A DNA stretch of 64,000 nucleotides, taken from the NCBI GenBank assembly GCA_036268255.1, contig DATAUL010000324.1, positions 18,372 to 82,371 of the forward strand, written 5' to 3'. This DNA is from Solirubrobacteraceae bacterium (GTDB lineage Bacteria; Actinomycetota; Thermoleophilia; Solirubrobacterales; Solirubrobacteraceae). Shown piece after piece: positions 9,360 through 19,634 of the stretch; the first letter of the stretch is position 1, and the number at the start of each line of letters is the position of its first letter. The notes under the pieces were generated by a model. It was not told the origin of the DNA. It did no database searches and saw only the letters and a list, made by a program, of their open reading frames with translations. The position numbers and the translations under genes were made by a program.

Positions 9360-10529
9360 GTGGACGATCATCGGAGCGTGCGCGTGGTCGACGAGCGCTG
9401 CCGCCTGGACAACGATGCTCTGCGCGAGCTCGACAGCCGGCTGGCTGGCTATCGAGAGCCCGCCGATCTCGGGTCAGGATGGGATCGAGGCGTACCGTGC
9501 GACTGGCTGGACGACCTCTTGAAGGACTGGCGTGTCTTTGATGCCGGCGCGTTTCAGCTCCGGCTCGACGCCCTGCGCCAGCAGCGCGTCGAGGTCGCGG
9601 GTCAGGCGCTGCACGTGGTGCACGTGGAAGGCCGCGGTCCCAGCCCGCTGCCCTTACTGCTCACCCATGGGTGGCCCGGCTCATTCCTGGAGTACCTGCC
9701 AGTCCTTGGACTCCTCTCCGACCCAGGCGCGCACGGCGCAGATCCGGCCGACGCGTTCACGCTGATCGTCCCGTCGCTTCCCGGCTACGCGTTCAGCGAA
9801 CCGCCGCCGCCCACCGGAATGACCGGACGCCAGGTCGCGCGGCTCTGGCATGAGCTCATGACCGCAGGCCTCGGATATCACCGCTTCGTCGCACACGGCA
9901 GCGACCTTGGGGCCGGCGTCACTGCATGGCTGGCTCGCGACCGACCAGAGGCCGTCGCAGCGATCCATCTTGCGACCCCCGGCCTGGCTGTTGCGCCCGG
10001 GCGCCAGACAAAGCCAGAGGAAGACTTCGCCCGCGCCGTGGAGGACTGGACCGCGGAGGAGGGTGGCTACATGCATCAGCACGCCACCAAGCCGGGCACA
10101 CTCGCCGCGGGGCTATCGGACAGCCCCGCTGGACTGGCCGCCTGGATCGGAGAGAAGATCGTCGGGTGGAGCAGTCGCCGCGCGGACGGCAGCCCAGCGT
10201 TCGACCGCGAACTGCTGCTGGCCACCCTGACCCTTTACTGGGCCACCGGCACGATCGGCACCTCGCTACTGCCCTACTGGGCTCACCGCCACATCCCCGA
10301 CGCAGCCCTCCCGTCTCAAGACGTATCGCCGGTCCCCACCGCGATCGGCACCTTCGGGGGTGAACGCGTCCCATTTCCGAAACCGCCTCGAGCGCTCGCC
10401 GAGCGCTACTACAACATCACAGCCTGGGCTGAGCACCCCACCGGCGGCCACTTCCCCGCCGTCGCCGAGCCCGAGCTCCTGGCGCGCAGCCTCCGCGACG
10501 CGTTTCGCCCGATGCGCCACATGGCCTGA
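9360..10529 (+). CDS. Epoxide hydrolase (microsomal-type alpha/beta hydrolase)
   Basis: HGWPGS, nucleophile in GSDLG, DSPAGLAAWIGEK, GGHF. Confidence 0.9.
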   Translation: MDDHRSVRVVDERCRLDNDALRELDSRLAGYREPADLGSGWDRGVPCDWLDDLLKDWRVFDAGAFQLRLDALRQQRVEVAGQALHVVHVEGRGPSPLPLLLTHGWPGSFLEYLPVLGLLSDPGAHGADPADAFTLIVPSLPGYAFSEPPPPTGMTGRQVARLWHELMTAGLGYHRFVAHGSDLGAGVTAWLARDRPEAVAAIHLATPGLAVAPGRQTKPEEDFARAVEDWTAEEGGYMHQHATKPGTLAAGLSDSPAGLAAWIGEKIVGWSSRRADGSPAFDRELLLATLTLYWATGTIGTSLLPYWAHRHIPDAALPSQDVSPVPTAIGTFGGERVPFPKPPRALAERYYNITAWAEHPTGGHFPAVAEPELLARSLRDAFRPMRHMA

Positions 10530-10531
10530 AC

Positions 10532-11803
10532 CTACTTGGGCTCCCAACGCCATCCGTCGTTGTCTTCGCAGACGATCGGCTCGCCGTCGCCCGCGACGCC
10601 ACTCATCCCATGGTCGGCGTCGGAGCAGTATTCGCCGGGCTCGTAGCAGTTGCCCGAGCTGGACGTCGGGTAGCAACTGGTCGGTGTGGGCGTCGGGCTC
10701 GGCGTGGGCGTGGGCTTTGGCTTGGCCGGCGATGCCGGCCATGGCGAGGCGTGCTGGAAGTCTGAGTTGAAGGTGGCGCTGGCCATGGCGATCACGCTGC
10801 TGCCGCCGTGCGTCCGGGCGAGCAGAATCCCCAGCTCGCGGTTCCGGGTCAACGAGGTGACGCTGGCGTTCTGGGAGCCGATCAGCATCGACTCGCTCGC
10901 GGCCGCAGGGTCATCGAGAATCAGCTTCTCGTGGATATAGAGAGCGGTTGAGCTGTCCGGGAACAGCCGAACGTGGCAGCCGGCCTGGGAGATCGCCCGA
11001 AACGCGGTGTCCCACTCCGAAGTGCGGGTCATCACCACCCGGCAGCTCACACCCCGCCGTGCGTCGCTCGCAAGCGCGCCGTAGATCGCCGGGTCAGCAA
11101 GCTCCTCGGACTCGAAGTCGACCGACGTCCGCGCCGACCGGATCTCCCTGACGAGCGCCGTCTCGGCCGTGCCCGAGCCGGTGTTGGGCGACCAGATGAG
11201 CCCCGGTGCCTGCACCGTCTGAAACCTGGGTGTCCCTGACGCCCCAGCCGTCCAGTCGTTCGAGAACGTCGATTCGATCGCATGCACCTGCACCGGGTTG
11301 CTGTCGATGACCTCGGCGTCGCGCGTCGTGCGGTAGTACTTCGCGTCGAGGTTCGCGGTCGAGATGTCCGACACGGCGCCGTCGAAGGTCGTCGTCTTGA
11401 TATGGAAGATGTAGCCCGGCGGCGCCCACCGCACGTCGACCCCACGCGCCGCGAGATATTGGGCGGCCTCGCGGTTGACCCCTCCGCCATTGAAGTCCTT
11501 GTCCAGCAGGATCCGGACGTGCACGCCGCGCGCTGCCGCGGCCGCCAGGTCACGCTCGGCCACAGGGTCAGCGAACTCGTAGATCTCCATGTCGATCGTT
11601 CTCCGGGCGAGCGCGATCTGGCGATAGAACCCTCCAAAGCCCGCATCCGGGTACTGGACCAGCCGGTAATACACCGCAGCCGGGGCTTGTGCTGAGGAGC
11701 CGAAGGCCACGCTCTCCGCGCCGACGACGAGTCCTGCAATCCCCGCGATGCACACGCCCGCCAGAACGCCCACGCGCCGCCGAGACATCCCGAGCCGGCT
11801 CAC
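10532..11803 (-). CDS. Secreted phospholipase D-superfamily protein with PT linker and Cys-rich tail
   Basis: Signal peptide; two HxKxxxxD motifs (HIKTTTFD, HEKLILDD); GSQN. Confidence 0.85.
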   Translation of the reverse strand: MSRLGMSRRRVGVLAGVCIAGIAGLVVGAESVAFGSSAQAPAAVYYRLVQYPDAGFGGFYRQIALARRTIDMEIYEFADPVAERDLAAAAARGVHVRILLDKDFNGGGVNREAAQYLAARGVDVRWAPPGYIFHIKTTTFDGAVSDISTANLDAKYYRTTRDAEVIDSNPVQVHAIESTFSNDWTAGASGTPRFQTVQAPGLIWSPNTGSGTAETALVREIRSARTSVDFESEELADPAIYGALASDARRGVSCRVVMTRTSEWDTAFRAISQAGCHVRLFPDSSTALYIHEKLILDDPAAASESMLIGSQNASVTSLTRNRELGILLARTHGGSSVIAMASATFNSDFQHASPWPASPAKPKPTPTPSPTPTPTSCYPTSSSGNCYEPGEYCSDADHGMSGVAGDGEPIVCEDNDGWRWEPK

Positions 11804-12315
11804 CAGCCGTTGCGGTGCACGACCTCGCCGAACGCTCGACGCTGCAGCCGCGTGCCCGGCTTCAACGGGCGATCCGCCGGATAGCCGAGGTCGATCACAA
11901 ACGCGACCAGCTTGCCCTCGGGAACTCCAAGCACCGACCTCGCCAGATCCTGATCGCCCACCGCCGAATGACCGCTACCGATCCCCAGATCAGCAGCCAC
12001 GATCATCATCTGCATCGCCGACTGACCGATATCAAAGCGATTGCGCTCCCGCACCCGGGGCTCCTCCTCATCCGCAACCACGACCGCGACCGCCGCAGCC
12101 GCGTGCGCAATATGCCCGCCGCCGCGCCACACACCCGACAGCTCGCCCAGCAACCCGCGATCGGTCACCACGACAAAGTCCCACGGCTGGTTGTTCTGCG
12201 ACGACGGTGCGATCCGACCGGACTCCAGCACCCGATCCAGATCCGTCTCAGGGATCTCGCGATCGGCAAACTCGCGGACGTTCCGGCGAGCGGTCACGGC
12301 ATCCCACGTCTCCAT
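11800..12315 (-). CDS. Nitroreductase-family protein
   Basis: ARRNVREF, APSSQNNQPWDF, DLGYP; AGGAGG RBS. Confidence 0.9.
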   Translation of the reverse strand: METWDAVTARRNVREFADREIPETDLDRVLESGRIAPSSQNNQPWDFVVVTDRGLLGELSGVWRGGGHIAHAAAAVAVVVADEEEPRVRERNRFDIGQSAMQMMIVAADLGIGSGHSAVGDQDLARSVLGVPEGKLVAFVIDLGYPADRPLKPGTRLQRRAFGEVVHRNGW

Positions 12316-12407
12316 CGACAACCTCCTGTCAAGGCCTCACGACCTGAATCGGACCACCGCAGCGTACCCTCTGCCGACGCGAGCGAGACGCTTTCCAGAG
12401 GCGCCAC

Positions 12408-12734
12408 CTACGACGCACCGAACGCGTCTGGGCCAGGCGCCGACTCGGTTGTGCCGGTGTCCACGAGCACTCCCAGCAGCTCACCGATCGTGGGGTCTCC
12501 GCCGACCTGCACCCGCAGCGGGAGGTGCCCCTGGATTCGGTAGCGGTTGCGACGGCCGTCCTTTTCCTTGACCACGTACTCGGCCTTGGTCAGGTCAGTG
12601 ACGATCCCGAAGGCCCGGCGCTCGGTGACGCCCAAAGCGTCCGCGATCTCGCGCAGACGGACGCCCGGGTCACGCGCGATACAGACCAGCGCGCGAGCGT
12701 GTTGGGTCAAGAAGCTCCACTCGGCCATCGCCAT
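12408..12734 (-). CDS. Small winged-HTH regulator
   Basis: WSFLTQHARALVCIARDPGVRLREIA...GRRNRY. Confidence 0.85.
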   Translation of the reverse strand: MAMAEWSFLTQHARALVCIARDPGVRLREIADALGVTERRAFGIVTDLTKAEYVVKEKDGRRNRYRIQGHLPLRVQVGGDPTIGELLGVLVDTGTTESAPGPDAFGAS

Positions 12735-12885
12735 GAATATAGAACGGCGCATTCTAGAAATAGCTTGCTAGTTAACAGAGATCGGAGTAGCGTCACCAAA
12801 GGCGCAGTCCTCGGCCGCCGTTCGTGTCTTATCGGCCCGCAGCCGGCCCTCAGCGCTCCGCAGCACTCATCCGGAAGGAGCTGGT

Positions 12886-13248
12886 ATGCCCGTGTCCTCG
12901 CCGCCTCCGCGGAAGCTTGCGTTCATCGCGGGCGTGTTCTGGATCGTCACCTTTGTCGCGTCGATACCGGCGCTGTTTCTCTACGCCCCAGTCATCAATC
13001 ACGTCCACTACGCGCTCGGTGCCGGGAGCGACACGCGGATTCAGGTGGGGGCGTTGCTGGAGGTCATCCTCGCGATTGCCGGCATCGGCACCGCCGTCAC
13101 GATGTTCCCGATCATCAAGCGGCACAACGAAAGCCTGGCGCTTGGCTTCCTCGCCTCGCGCGGCTTCAAGACCTCCTCCCCGGTCCTCGACGCCCGCCCC
13201 ATCGCGGGCAACGGAGAGGTCCTCACCCCCGTCGTGGCACGGGCGTAA
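12886..13248 (+). pseudogene. DUF4386-like membrane protein, truncated
   Basis: N-terminal TMs (AGVFWIVTFVASIPA, GALLEVILAIAGIGTAV); resemblance ends after FLASR. Confidence 0.6.
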
Positions 13249-13297
13249 GCGCCCCCGGCGAGCACCTCATCGCCAGATCCACCATCAGGAGTCGCAC

Positions 13298-13963
13298 ATG
13301 ACTGCAATATCCACTCCCGGCAGCACGACCAGTGGCGACGATGACTATCCACTGACCTTCACCGTCGACTATCCCGACCGCAGTCTGAACCGGCTCAGCA
13401 CGGCGTTTCGCATCCTCACGATCATCCCGATCGCGATCCTCGCTGGGTTTCTGGAAGGCGGCAGCTTCGCGGCCAACGCCGGAGCGTCCGGCGCCCGCTA
13501 CGCCGCCGGCGGCATCGGAATCCTCGTCATCCCGGTCGTGCTGATGCTCCTCTTCCGCAAGAAGTACCCGCGCTGGTGGTACGACTGGAACCTCCAGCTC
13601 ACACGCTTCAGCAACCGAATCGCCGTCTACTTCGCCCTCATGAACGACCACTACCCCTCGACCGACGACGAGCAATCGGTCCATCTTCAGTTCGCCTACC
13701 CCGACGCCGATCATGGTCTCAGCCGCGCCCTGCCACTCGTCAAATGGCTCCTCGCGATTCCCCACTACGTCGTGCTCTTCTTCCTCACGATCGCCGCGTT
13801 CGTCGCCGCCATCATGGCCTGGTTCGCGGTCCTGTTCACCGGCCGCTACCCACGCCCGCTGTTTGACTTCATCGAAGGCGTACTCCGCTGGCACAACCGC
13901 GTCGGGGCCTACGCCTTCCTGCTCATCACGGATCGCTACCCACCATTCAGCCTCCACGCGTGA
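13298..13963 (+). CDS. DUF4389-domain membrane protein
   Basis: Repeated LFxxxYPR / xxxYPP units; AGGAG RBS. Confidence 0.85.
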   Translation: MTAISTPGSTTSGDDDYPLTFTVDYPDRSLNRLSTAFRILTIIPIAILAGFLEGGSFAANAGASGARYAAGGIGILVIPVVLMLLFRKKYPRWWYDWNLQLTRFSNRIAVYFALMNDHYPSTDDEQSVHLQFAYPDADHGLSRALPLVKWLLAIPHYVVLFFLTIAAFVAAIMAWFAVLFTGRYPRPLFDFIEGVLRWHNRVGAYAFLLITDRYPPFSLHA

Positions 13964-14159
13964 CGGGATCGAGGGTCACCGAGGTGGCCGGAGCTCGCGG
14001 TCGACGGGGCGGCCATTTGGGTCAACACGCCGGGCCGCGATCAGGCACCCGGACCATCGGTGCCCGGGGTCCGAGTAGTGACGTACGGATCCTTGGGTGA
14101 GCGGTCCTCGGAGAGTGATCCCCGCGAGCCACTGACAAGCTCCTCGATTGCATCGGCGA

Positions 14160-14543
14160 GATGAGACCGAGAGGGTCCTGGAAGTAGATCGAGTCCATGA
14201 ACCCGCGGTCCTTGACGCCACTGTGCTCGAGGCCGCGCTCGTCCAAGCGCTCCACGGTCTGGCGAAACGTCGCGTTCGACAACGAGAAGGCGATGTGGTG
14301 GACCGCCCCCGGATCGGTCGAGGTCCGTTCGGGATCGGCGCGACGCGATTCGTTGGTGAAGATCGTGATCAGCCGCCCGTCGCCCGGGTCGAAGTAGAGA
14401 TGGCTCTCCTCCGCCCGATCGAGATTGGGCTGCTCGAAGACGAACGGCATTCCAAGCACCCCCTCCCAGAAGTCAATCGACGTCTGCCGGCCAGCGCCCA
14501 CCAGCGTGATGTGATGAACGCCCTGGCTCTGGACCTTCCGCAT
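14160..14543 (-). pseudogene. VOC/glyoxalase-family protein, C-terminally truncated
   Basis: GVHHITL, VHHIAF and SIYFQDPLGL; resemblance stops before the usual final IEL strand. Confidence 0.65.
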
Positions 14544-14548
14544 CGTCG

Positions 14549-14809
14549 TCACCAACTCCAGATCGGAACGTCACGAATCGGGTGCAACTCGGCGTCTGTC
14601 TGAGCTCGGGAGTTCTGCTGCGCGACGTGAGCGCCGAATTCCACGTGCTCACGAACGGCCTTGACGAAGCGCTCGTCGGTCGGCAGGAGTTCTGTGAACA
14701 GGGGTTTGAGGACCGGGTCGGCAAGTGCCTTGGCGTAGAAGATCTCCTCCAGGCGATGCAGGCCCTCATCACCTCCGGCGTGCTCGTCCAGCGTCTCGGC
14801 CTCGCTCAT
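14549..14809 (-). pseudogene. Group II truncated haemoglobin with internal deletion
   Basis: AGGDEGLHRLEEIFY...DPVLKPLF joined directly to C-terminal FVKAVREHVEFG...VPIWSW; only 86 aa. Confidence 0.7.
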
Positions 14810-14940
14810 CGACTCCTCCAATCGGGACGTGTGGAATCCGCTCCCAATCATGACGGCCGGCCTGGCGAGTCCGGTCGCCAGTGTCGGGGCGTCGGTAAGC
14901 TCGGGAGCCCCCTGATGACGATCAGCCTGAGAGGAAGCCC

Positions 14941-16161
14941 GTGACCGACGTCGTGATCTGCTCCGCCGCCCGTACCGCCGTCGGCTCCTATGGCAAAGGC
15001 CTGGCGTCAGTGCCGCCCTCGGATCTCGGCGCCGCCGCGGCCGGGGCGGCGATCGACCGCGCGGGGATCGCCGCGGCGGATGTCGAGCATGTCGTGTTCG
15101 GGAACGTGATCCACACCGACGGCAGCGACGCCTACATGGCGCGGGTGGTGGGGATGAAGGCCGGCATCCCCAAGGAGGTGCCCGCCTACACGGTGAACCG
15201 GCTGTGCGGGACCGGCGTGCAGGCGATCGTGTCCGCCGCGCAGACGATCCAGACCGGCGAGGCGAGGGTCGTGCTCGCCGGCGGGGCGGAGTCGATGAGC
15301 CGCGGGCCCTACTGGCTGCCGAGCGCCCGCTGGGGCGCGCGGATGAGTGACGCGACGATGGTCGACTCCGTCGTCGGCACGCTTACTGACCCGTTTGCCC
15401 ACACGCACATGGGCGTCACCGCGGAGAACCTCGCCAAGCGCGGCGGGATCTCCCGGGAGCGGCAGGACGCGTTCGCGGTGCGCTCCCATCAGCGCGCGGC
15501 GCACGCCCGTGCGGAGGGCTGGTTTGCCGATGAGATCGTTCCCGTCGCGGTCGCGTCCCGACGGGAGACGACCGAGTTCCGCGAGGACGAGCACATCCGC
15601 CCAGACGTCACCGCCGAGGCGATGGCCCGCCTGCGCCCCGCGTTCGATCCCGAGGGGAGCGTGACCGCCGGCAACGCCTCGGGGGTCAACGATGCCGGCG
15701 CTGCGCTGGTGCTGATGAGTGCCGACCGCGCGCGCGAACTCGACGCGCCGGTGCGCGCCCGCATCCTGGCCTACGGCAGCTGCGGAGTGGAGCCGTCGAT
15801 CATGGGGATCGGCCCCGTCCCGGCCGTCCGGCGGGTGCTCGAGCGCGCCGGGCGCAGCCTGGAGGAGGTCGAGGTGATCGAGCTCAACGAGGCCTTCGCC
15901 GCGCAGTCACTCGCAGTGATCGACGACCTCGGCCTCGACGAGGACAAGGTCAACCCCAATGGCGGCGCGATCGCGCTCGGGCACCCGATCGCCGCCACCG
16001 GCGCGGTGATCGCGACCAAGATCCTCTCCGACATGGAGCGCCGCGACCTTCACCTCGGTCTGGTCACGCTCTGCATCGGCGGCGGCCAGGGGATCGCGCT
16101 GTTGCTGGAACGCGACGGACGATCCGCTCGCGGTCAGGCCCGCACCCAGCGGGTCAGTTGA
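14941..16161 (+). CDS. Acetyl-CoA C-acyltransferase (thiolase, BktB-like)
   Basis: NRLCGTG, NEAF, GHPIAATG and CIGGGQG catalytic motifs. Confidence 0.95.
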   Translation: MTDVVICSAARTAVGSYGKGLASVPPSDLGAAAAGAAIDRAGIAAADVEHVVFGNVIHTDGSDAYMARVVGMKAGIPKEVPAYTVNRLCGTGVQAIVSAAQTIQTGEARVVLAGGAESMSRGPYWLPSARWGARMSDATMVDSVVGTLTDPFAHTHMGVTAENLAKRGGISRERQDAFAVRSHQRAAHARAEGWFADEIVPVAVASRRETTEFREDEHIRPDVTAEAMARLRPAFDPEGSVTAGNASGVNDAGAALVLMSADRARELDAPVRARILAYGSCGVEPSIMGIGPVPAVRRVLERAGRSLEEVEVIELNEAFAAQSLAVIDDLGLDEDKVNPNGGAIALGHPIAATGAVIATKILSDMERRDLHLGLVTLCIGGGQGIALLLERDGRSARGQARTQRVS

Positions 16162-17093
16162 GCCGGCTTCTTGGAATTCGGGATCGCCGCGGGCTGCTCC
16201 CCTCCTCGCTCTTCCTCTCGAAGCTCGCGCACGCGTTGCTCCCAGGTATACCCGCGGGGGCCGACCAGTGCCTTCAGGCACCGCTGTTCATGGCCGGCCA
16301 TCTCTGACCCTGAGCCGTACAGCTCCCGGTAGCGATCGACGAGGTCCGGGCGGCGGAGCCTGAGCCAGTCCATGAAGACCGCCTTGGTGGAGCCGCGCAG
16401 ATGGAGTGCGGTTGCGTCGATACTGACCGCCCCGGCCCTCTCGGCGCTTTCGACGACTTCGGAGATCTGTTCGGGGTCGTCGTTGATCCCCGGCAGAAGC
16501 GCGGCGATGATGACACCGACCGGGATCCCGGCGGCAGCGATCTTGTGCATTGCATTGAGGCGCGCTCGTGGGTTCGGCGACCGGGGCTCGGTCTCTCGCC
16601 ACGCCTGGCGGTCCAGGGTCGGGATGGAGAAATAGGCGGTGAGCGGAGCGCGGTCAGAGAGCTCGAGCAGATCGAGGTCACGCAGCACGAGCGGGGACCG
16701 CGTCAGGATCGTGGCGGGGTTGGCGAGGTCACGCATCGCCTCCCAGATCCCGCGCATCAGCCGGTAGTGCCGCTCCGCCCACTGGTAGCGGTCGGTGCCC
16801 AGCGCGACCATCTCGCCGGTCCAACCGGGGCGGCGCAACTCGGCGCGGAAGACCTCGGCGACGGTGGTCTTGACGACGATCTACGCCCGAAGCCACGACC
16901 GGCGTCGAAGCCGAGATATTCGTGGCACTTCACAGAACCGGGTGTCACGCGCCGGCAGGGCTTTGAAGGTGCGAACCGCCGCCGCTTCCCGATAGCCAGG
17001 GAGTTGCTGGGTCTCGAGCAGCTTACTGCGCTGGTCGTTCCAGCGCATCGGCAGCTCGACGGGCGATTCGGCATCTGGAGTTGTCTCGATCAC
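16134..17093 (-). pseudogene. Rv2578c/SPL-like radical SAM pseudogene
   Basis: Three frame fragments (RTF..DTRFCEV; HEYLGFDAGR; ALGTDRYQWAE..TRSPLVLRD); no CxxxCxxC remains. Confidence 0.75.
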
Positions 17094-17142
17094 GATGCCC
17101 TCAGGGTAGCGATGATTGGACGCTCACGTCCAATCTGTGGGC

Positions 17143-18379
17143 TCAGCCCAGGCCGTAGGCGCGGTGCAGGAAGTCGATCGGGTGGACGGACTTCTTGGAG
17201 GTGCCGTGGGTGACCTGCCAACGGCACGTCTCCGAGTCGCACGCGACGGTCGTCGCACCGGACGCGGCGACCTGATCGAACAAGTCGCGACCGATGGCCA
17301 TGGCGATGTCGTACTTCTCAGCTTTGAGCCCGTACGTTCCCGCGATCCCGCAACAGCGCGCGTTCATCTCGACCACCTCGAGTCCCGGGATGAGCGCTAA
17401 CAGGTCGAGCGCCGGCTTGCCCATCCAGTGTCCCTGTTGCTGGCACGGCGCGTGGTAGGCGACGGTCTCGTGGACGGGTGTGAAGTCGGTCCGCAGTTCG
17501 CCGCGGTCGTGGAGTCCGAGCAGGAGTTCGCAGATGTCGTATGTCCGCTCGGACACGCGTCGCAGCGCGGGGTCTTCGTCGAGCGCGAGGATCTCCCGCG
17601 CCTCGCGCTTGAGCATCAAGGTGCAACTCGTGGCGTTGCCGACGACGATCGTCTCCGGGTCGTCCAGATGCGCGTCGAGGCGAGCGGCGAGACGGAGGGC
17701 GACCTTGCGCGCGTCGTCGAACAGGCCGCTCGACTGCAGCGGCAACGCGCAGCAGTCCTGGTCGGGGACGATGACCTCGTAGCCGTTGTGCTCCAGCACG
17801 GCGACGACCTTCTCGCCCTCCCACGGCTCGTAGTACTCGGTGCCACAGCCATGGAAGTAGACAACCTTCCGCCCCGTCGCCGGACTGCGATGCCGGCGGG
17901 CCCATCGGGAGAAACGGCGGCCGGCGAACCTTTGGAACCGCCGCATCCCGATGCACGCCGAGGAGCTTTTCGGCGATGATCCGGAGCGGCCGGGAGCGCA
18001 GTGTGAAGTTGGCGATGGGGGCCACCGGGGTCCCGAGCCGGCCGAGCCAGGTCGGCCGGGTGATGATCCGGTCGCGCAGGGGAATGCCGTTTTGGCGCTT
18101 GTACTTGTCGCGCGTCTGTGCGTTGATCTCGGCGATCTTCACGCCCTGAGGGCAAACCATCGAGCAGATGCCACAACCCGAGCAATAGTCCACCGAGTGA
18201 TCGACGGATGGGTTGTCGGCGACGCGGTAGCGCTCGGCCTGCGGCCCGGCGTACTTGGGTCCCGGGAACAGCGGCGACACGTTCGAGACCGGACACTGGG
18301 TCTCGCAGATGGTGCACTTGACACAGTGATCCAGCGTGCCGCGCAGCCGCTCACGCTCTGCCAGATCGACAAGGTTCAC
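17143..18379 (-). pseudogene. glpC: Anaerobic glycerol-3-phosphate dehydrogenase subunit C, frameshifted near 17930
   Basis: CVKCTICETQCP and CSGCGICSMVCP in one frame; CCG domains in another. Confidence 0.85.
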
Positions 18380-19634
18380 GCAGCCGTCTCCGCTCGGCGA
18401 GCACTGAATTCGATCGTGAGCGCAGCGTGGCTGGCGCTGGCGAGTGCGATCCCCTCCTCTGACAGCTCCTGCCACGGCGCCGCACCCGGCAGTGACGCGC
18501 CCGCGACGAGGACGTTGGCGAGCCCCTGCGCTCGAAGCTGACCGTCGACCGCGATACCGGCGTGACCATCGGCTGTCGGTCCAGGTAGGTCGAGGAGAAC
18601 CGCTGCCCGTCGGGTTCGGGGAGCCCGGTGAGCGGGAGATCAAGCACGCGGTCATGAGCAGCCCAGTGGGAATCGAGCTCGATCGCACCGGAGGCGAACC
18701 CACCGCCGGCGTGGACGAACCAGTCGGCGGAATAGCTGAGGTCTCGCCCGGCGGCGCGGGTGCTCACCTCGGTGACCTTGTCCTCAGCGCGCGCGTGGGC
18801 AACGACCTCCGCGCCCAGCACCAGGCGCCCGCCGGCTCGGCGCAACGCGCCGGCGAGGATCTCGTACAGGCGCATGCCCGGCACCGACGGCGGCACGGTG
18901 GGGATCTCGAATACCCAGCAGCCGAGCTGGTGCTGCAGGTCCATCAGGACTCGGTGCGGGTCATTGAGGCCCAGCATCGCCGGCAGCCCGACCGCGGTCG
19001 CACCGCCGATGTGCGGCCGGACCGTCGCGCAGAACCGTGAGCGCCAGTCGACGTCGTCGAGGTGGCGGGCGATTCCGAGCGCGTTCATGTCCGCGCGCTC
19101 AAGCTCGGGGCTGACGGTGACAGCGCGCGCGTCAAGGCCGGCGGCACGCAGGTTCGCGGCGCACGGGTCCTGGTGGAAGTCACGGAGGCAGCTGACCCCC
19201 ACGATGACCACGGGGCCGTCGCCGACGTGTTCGAACCCGGCCATGGTCTCCGGCACCAGAGCCGACGGCCTCAGCGCGCCGAGCGCCGTCGGGTGCAGCC
19301 GGTTGGCGCGACGGTCGCCGACGTACCGGTATCCGGGGAGTCTTCCCTGCTCAACCGTCCGCTCGAACCATGACAGCGCGTCGTCGATGACGAGCTCGCG
19401 GATCGCGCTGTACGGATGGTCCGCGGGCAGGTCGGCGATCGCCGGCGCAAGCTCGGTGATGGGCTCGGAGCGGTAGCCGAGAACGTCGATGGTTCCGGGC
19501 GCGAGATGGGTTGAGCCGATCCCCTTGGCGAGGACCGCGACGCGCGCGCCGTCCTGCGCCGCACGGGTGGCGGCGGCGAGCCCGGCTGTTCCGGCGCCGA
19601 TGACGACGACGTCGAAGTGGAGCCGTTCGGTCAT
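18376..19634 (-). pseudogene. glpB: Glycerol-3-phosphate dehydrogenase subunit B, frameshifted near 18565
   Basis: VVVIGAGTAG and FEIPTVPPSVPGMRL; the C-terminus AGIAVDGQLR...GIALAS is in a shifted frame. Confidence 0.85.

Noticed and set aside
10532-11803. PLD-type anti-phage nuclease
   Set aside because: It has a signal peptide, two HKD motifs and an extracellular-type tail, with no helicase or methylase neighbours.
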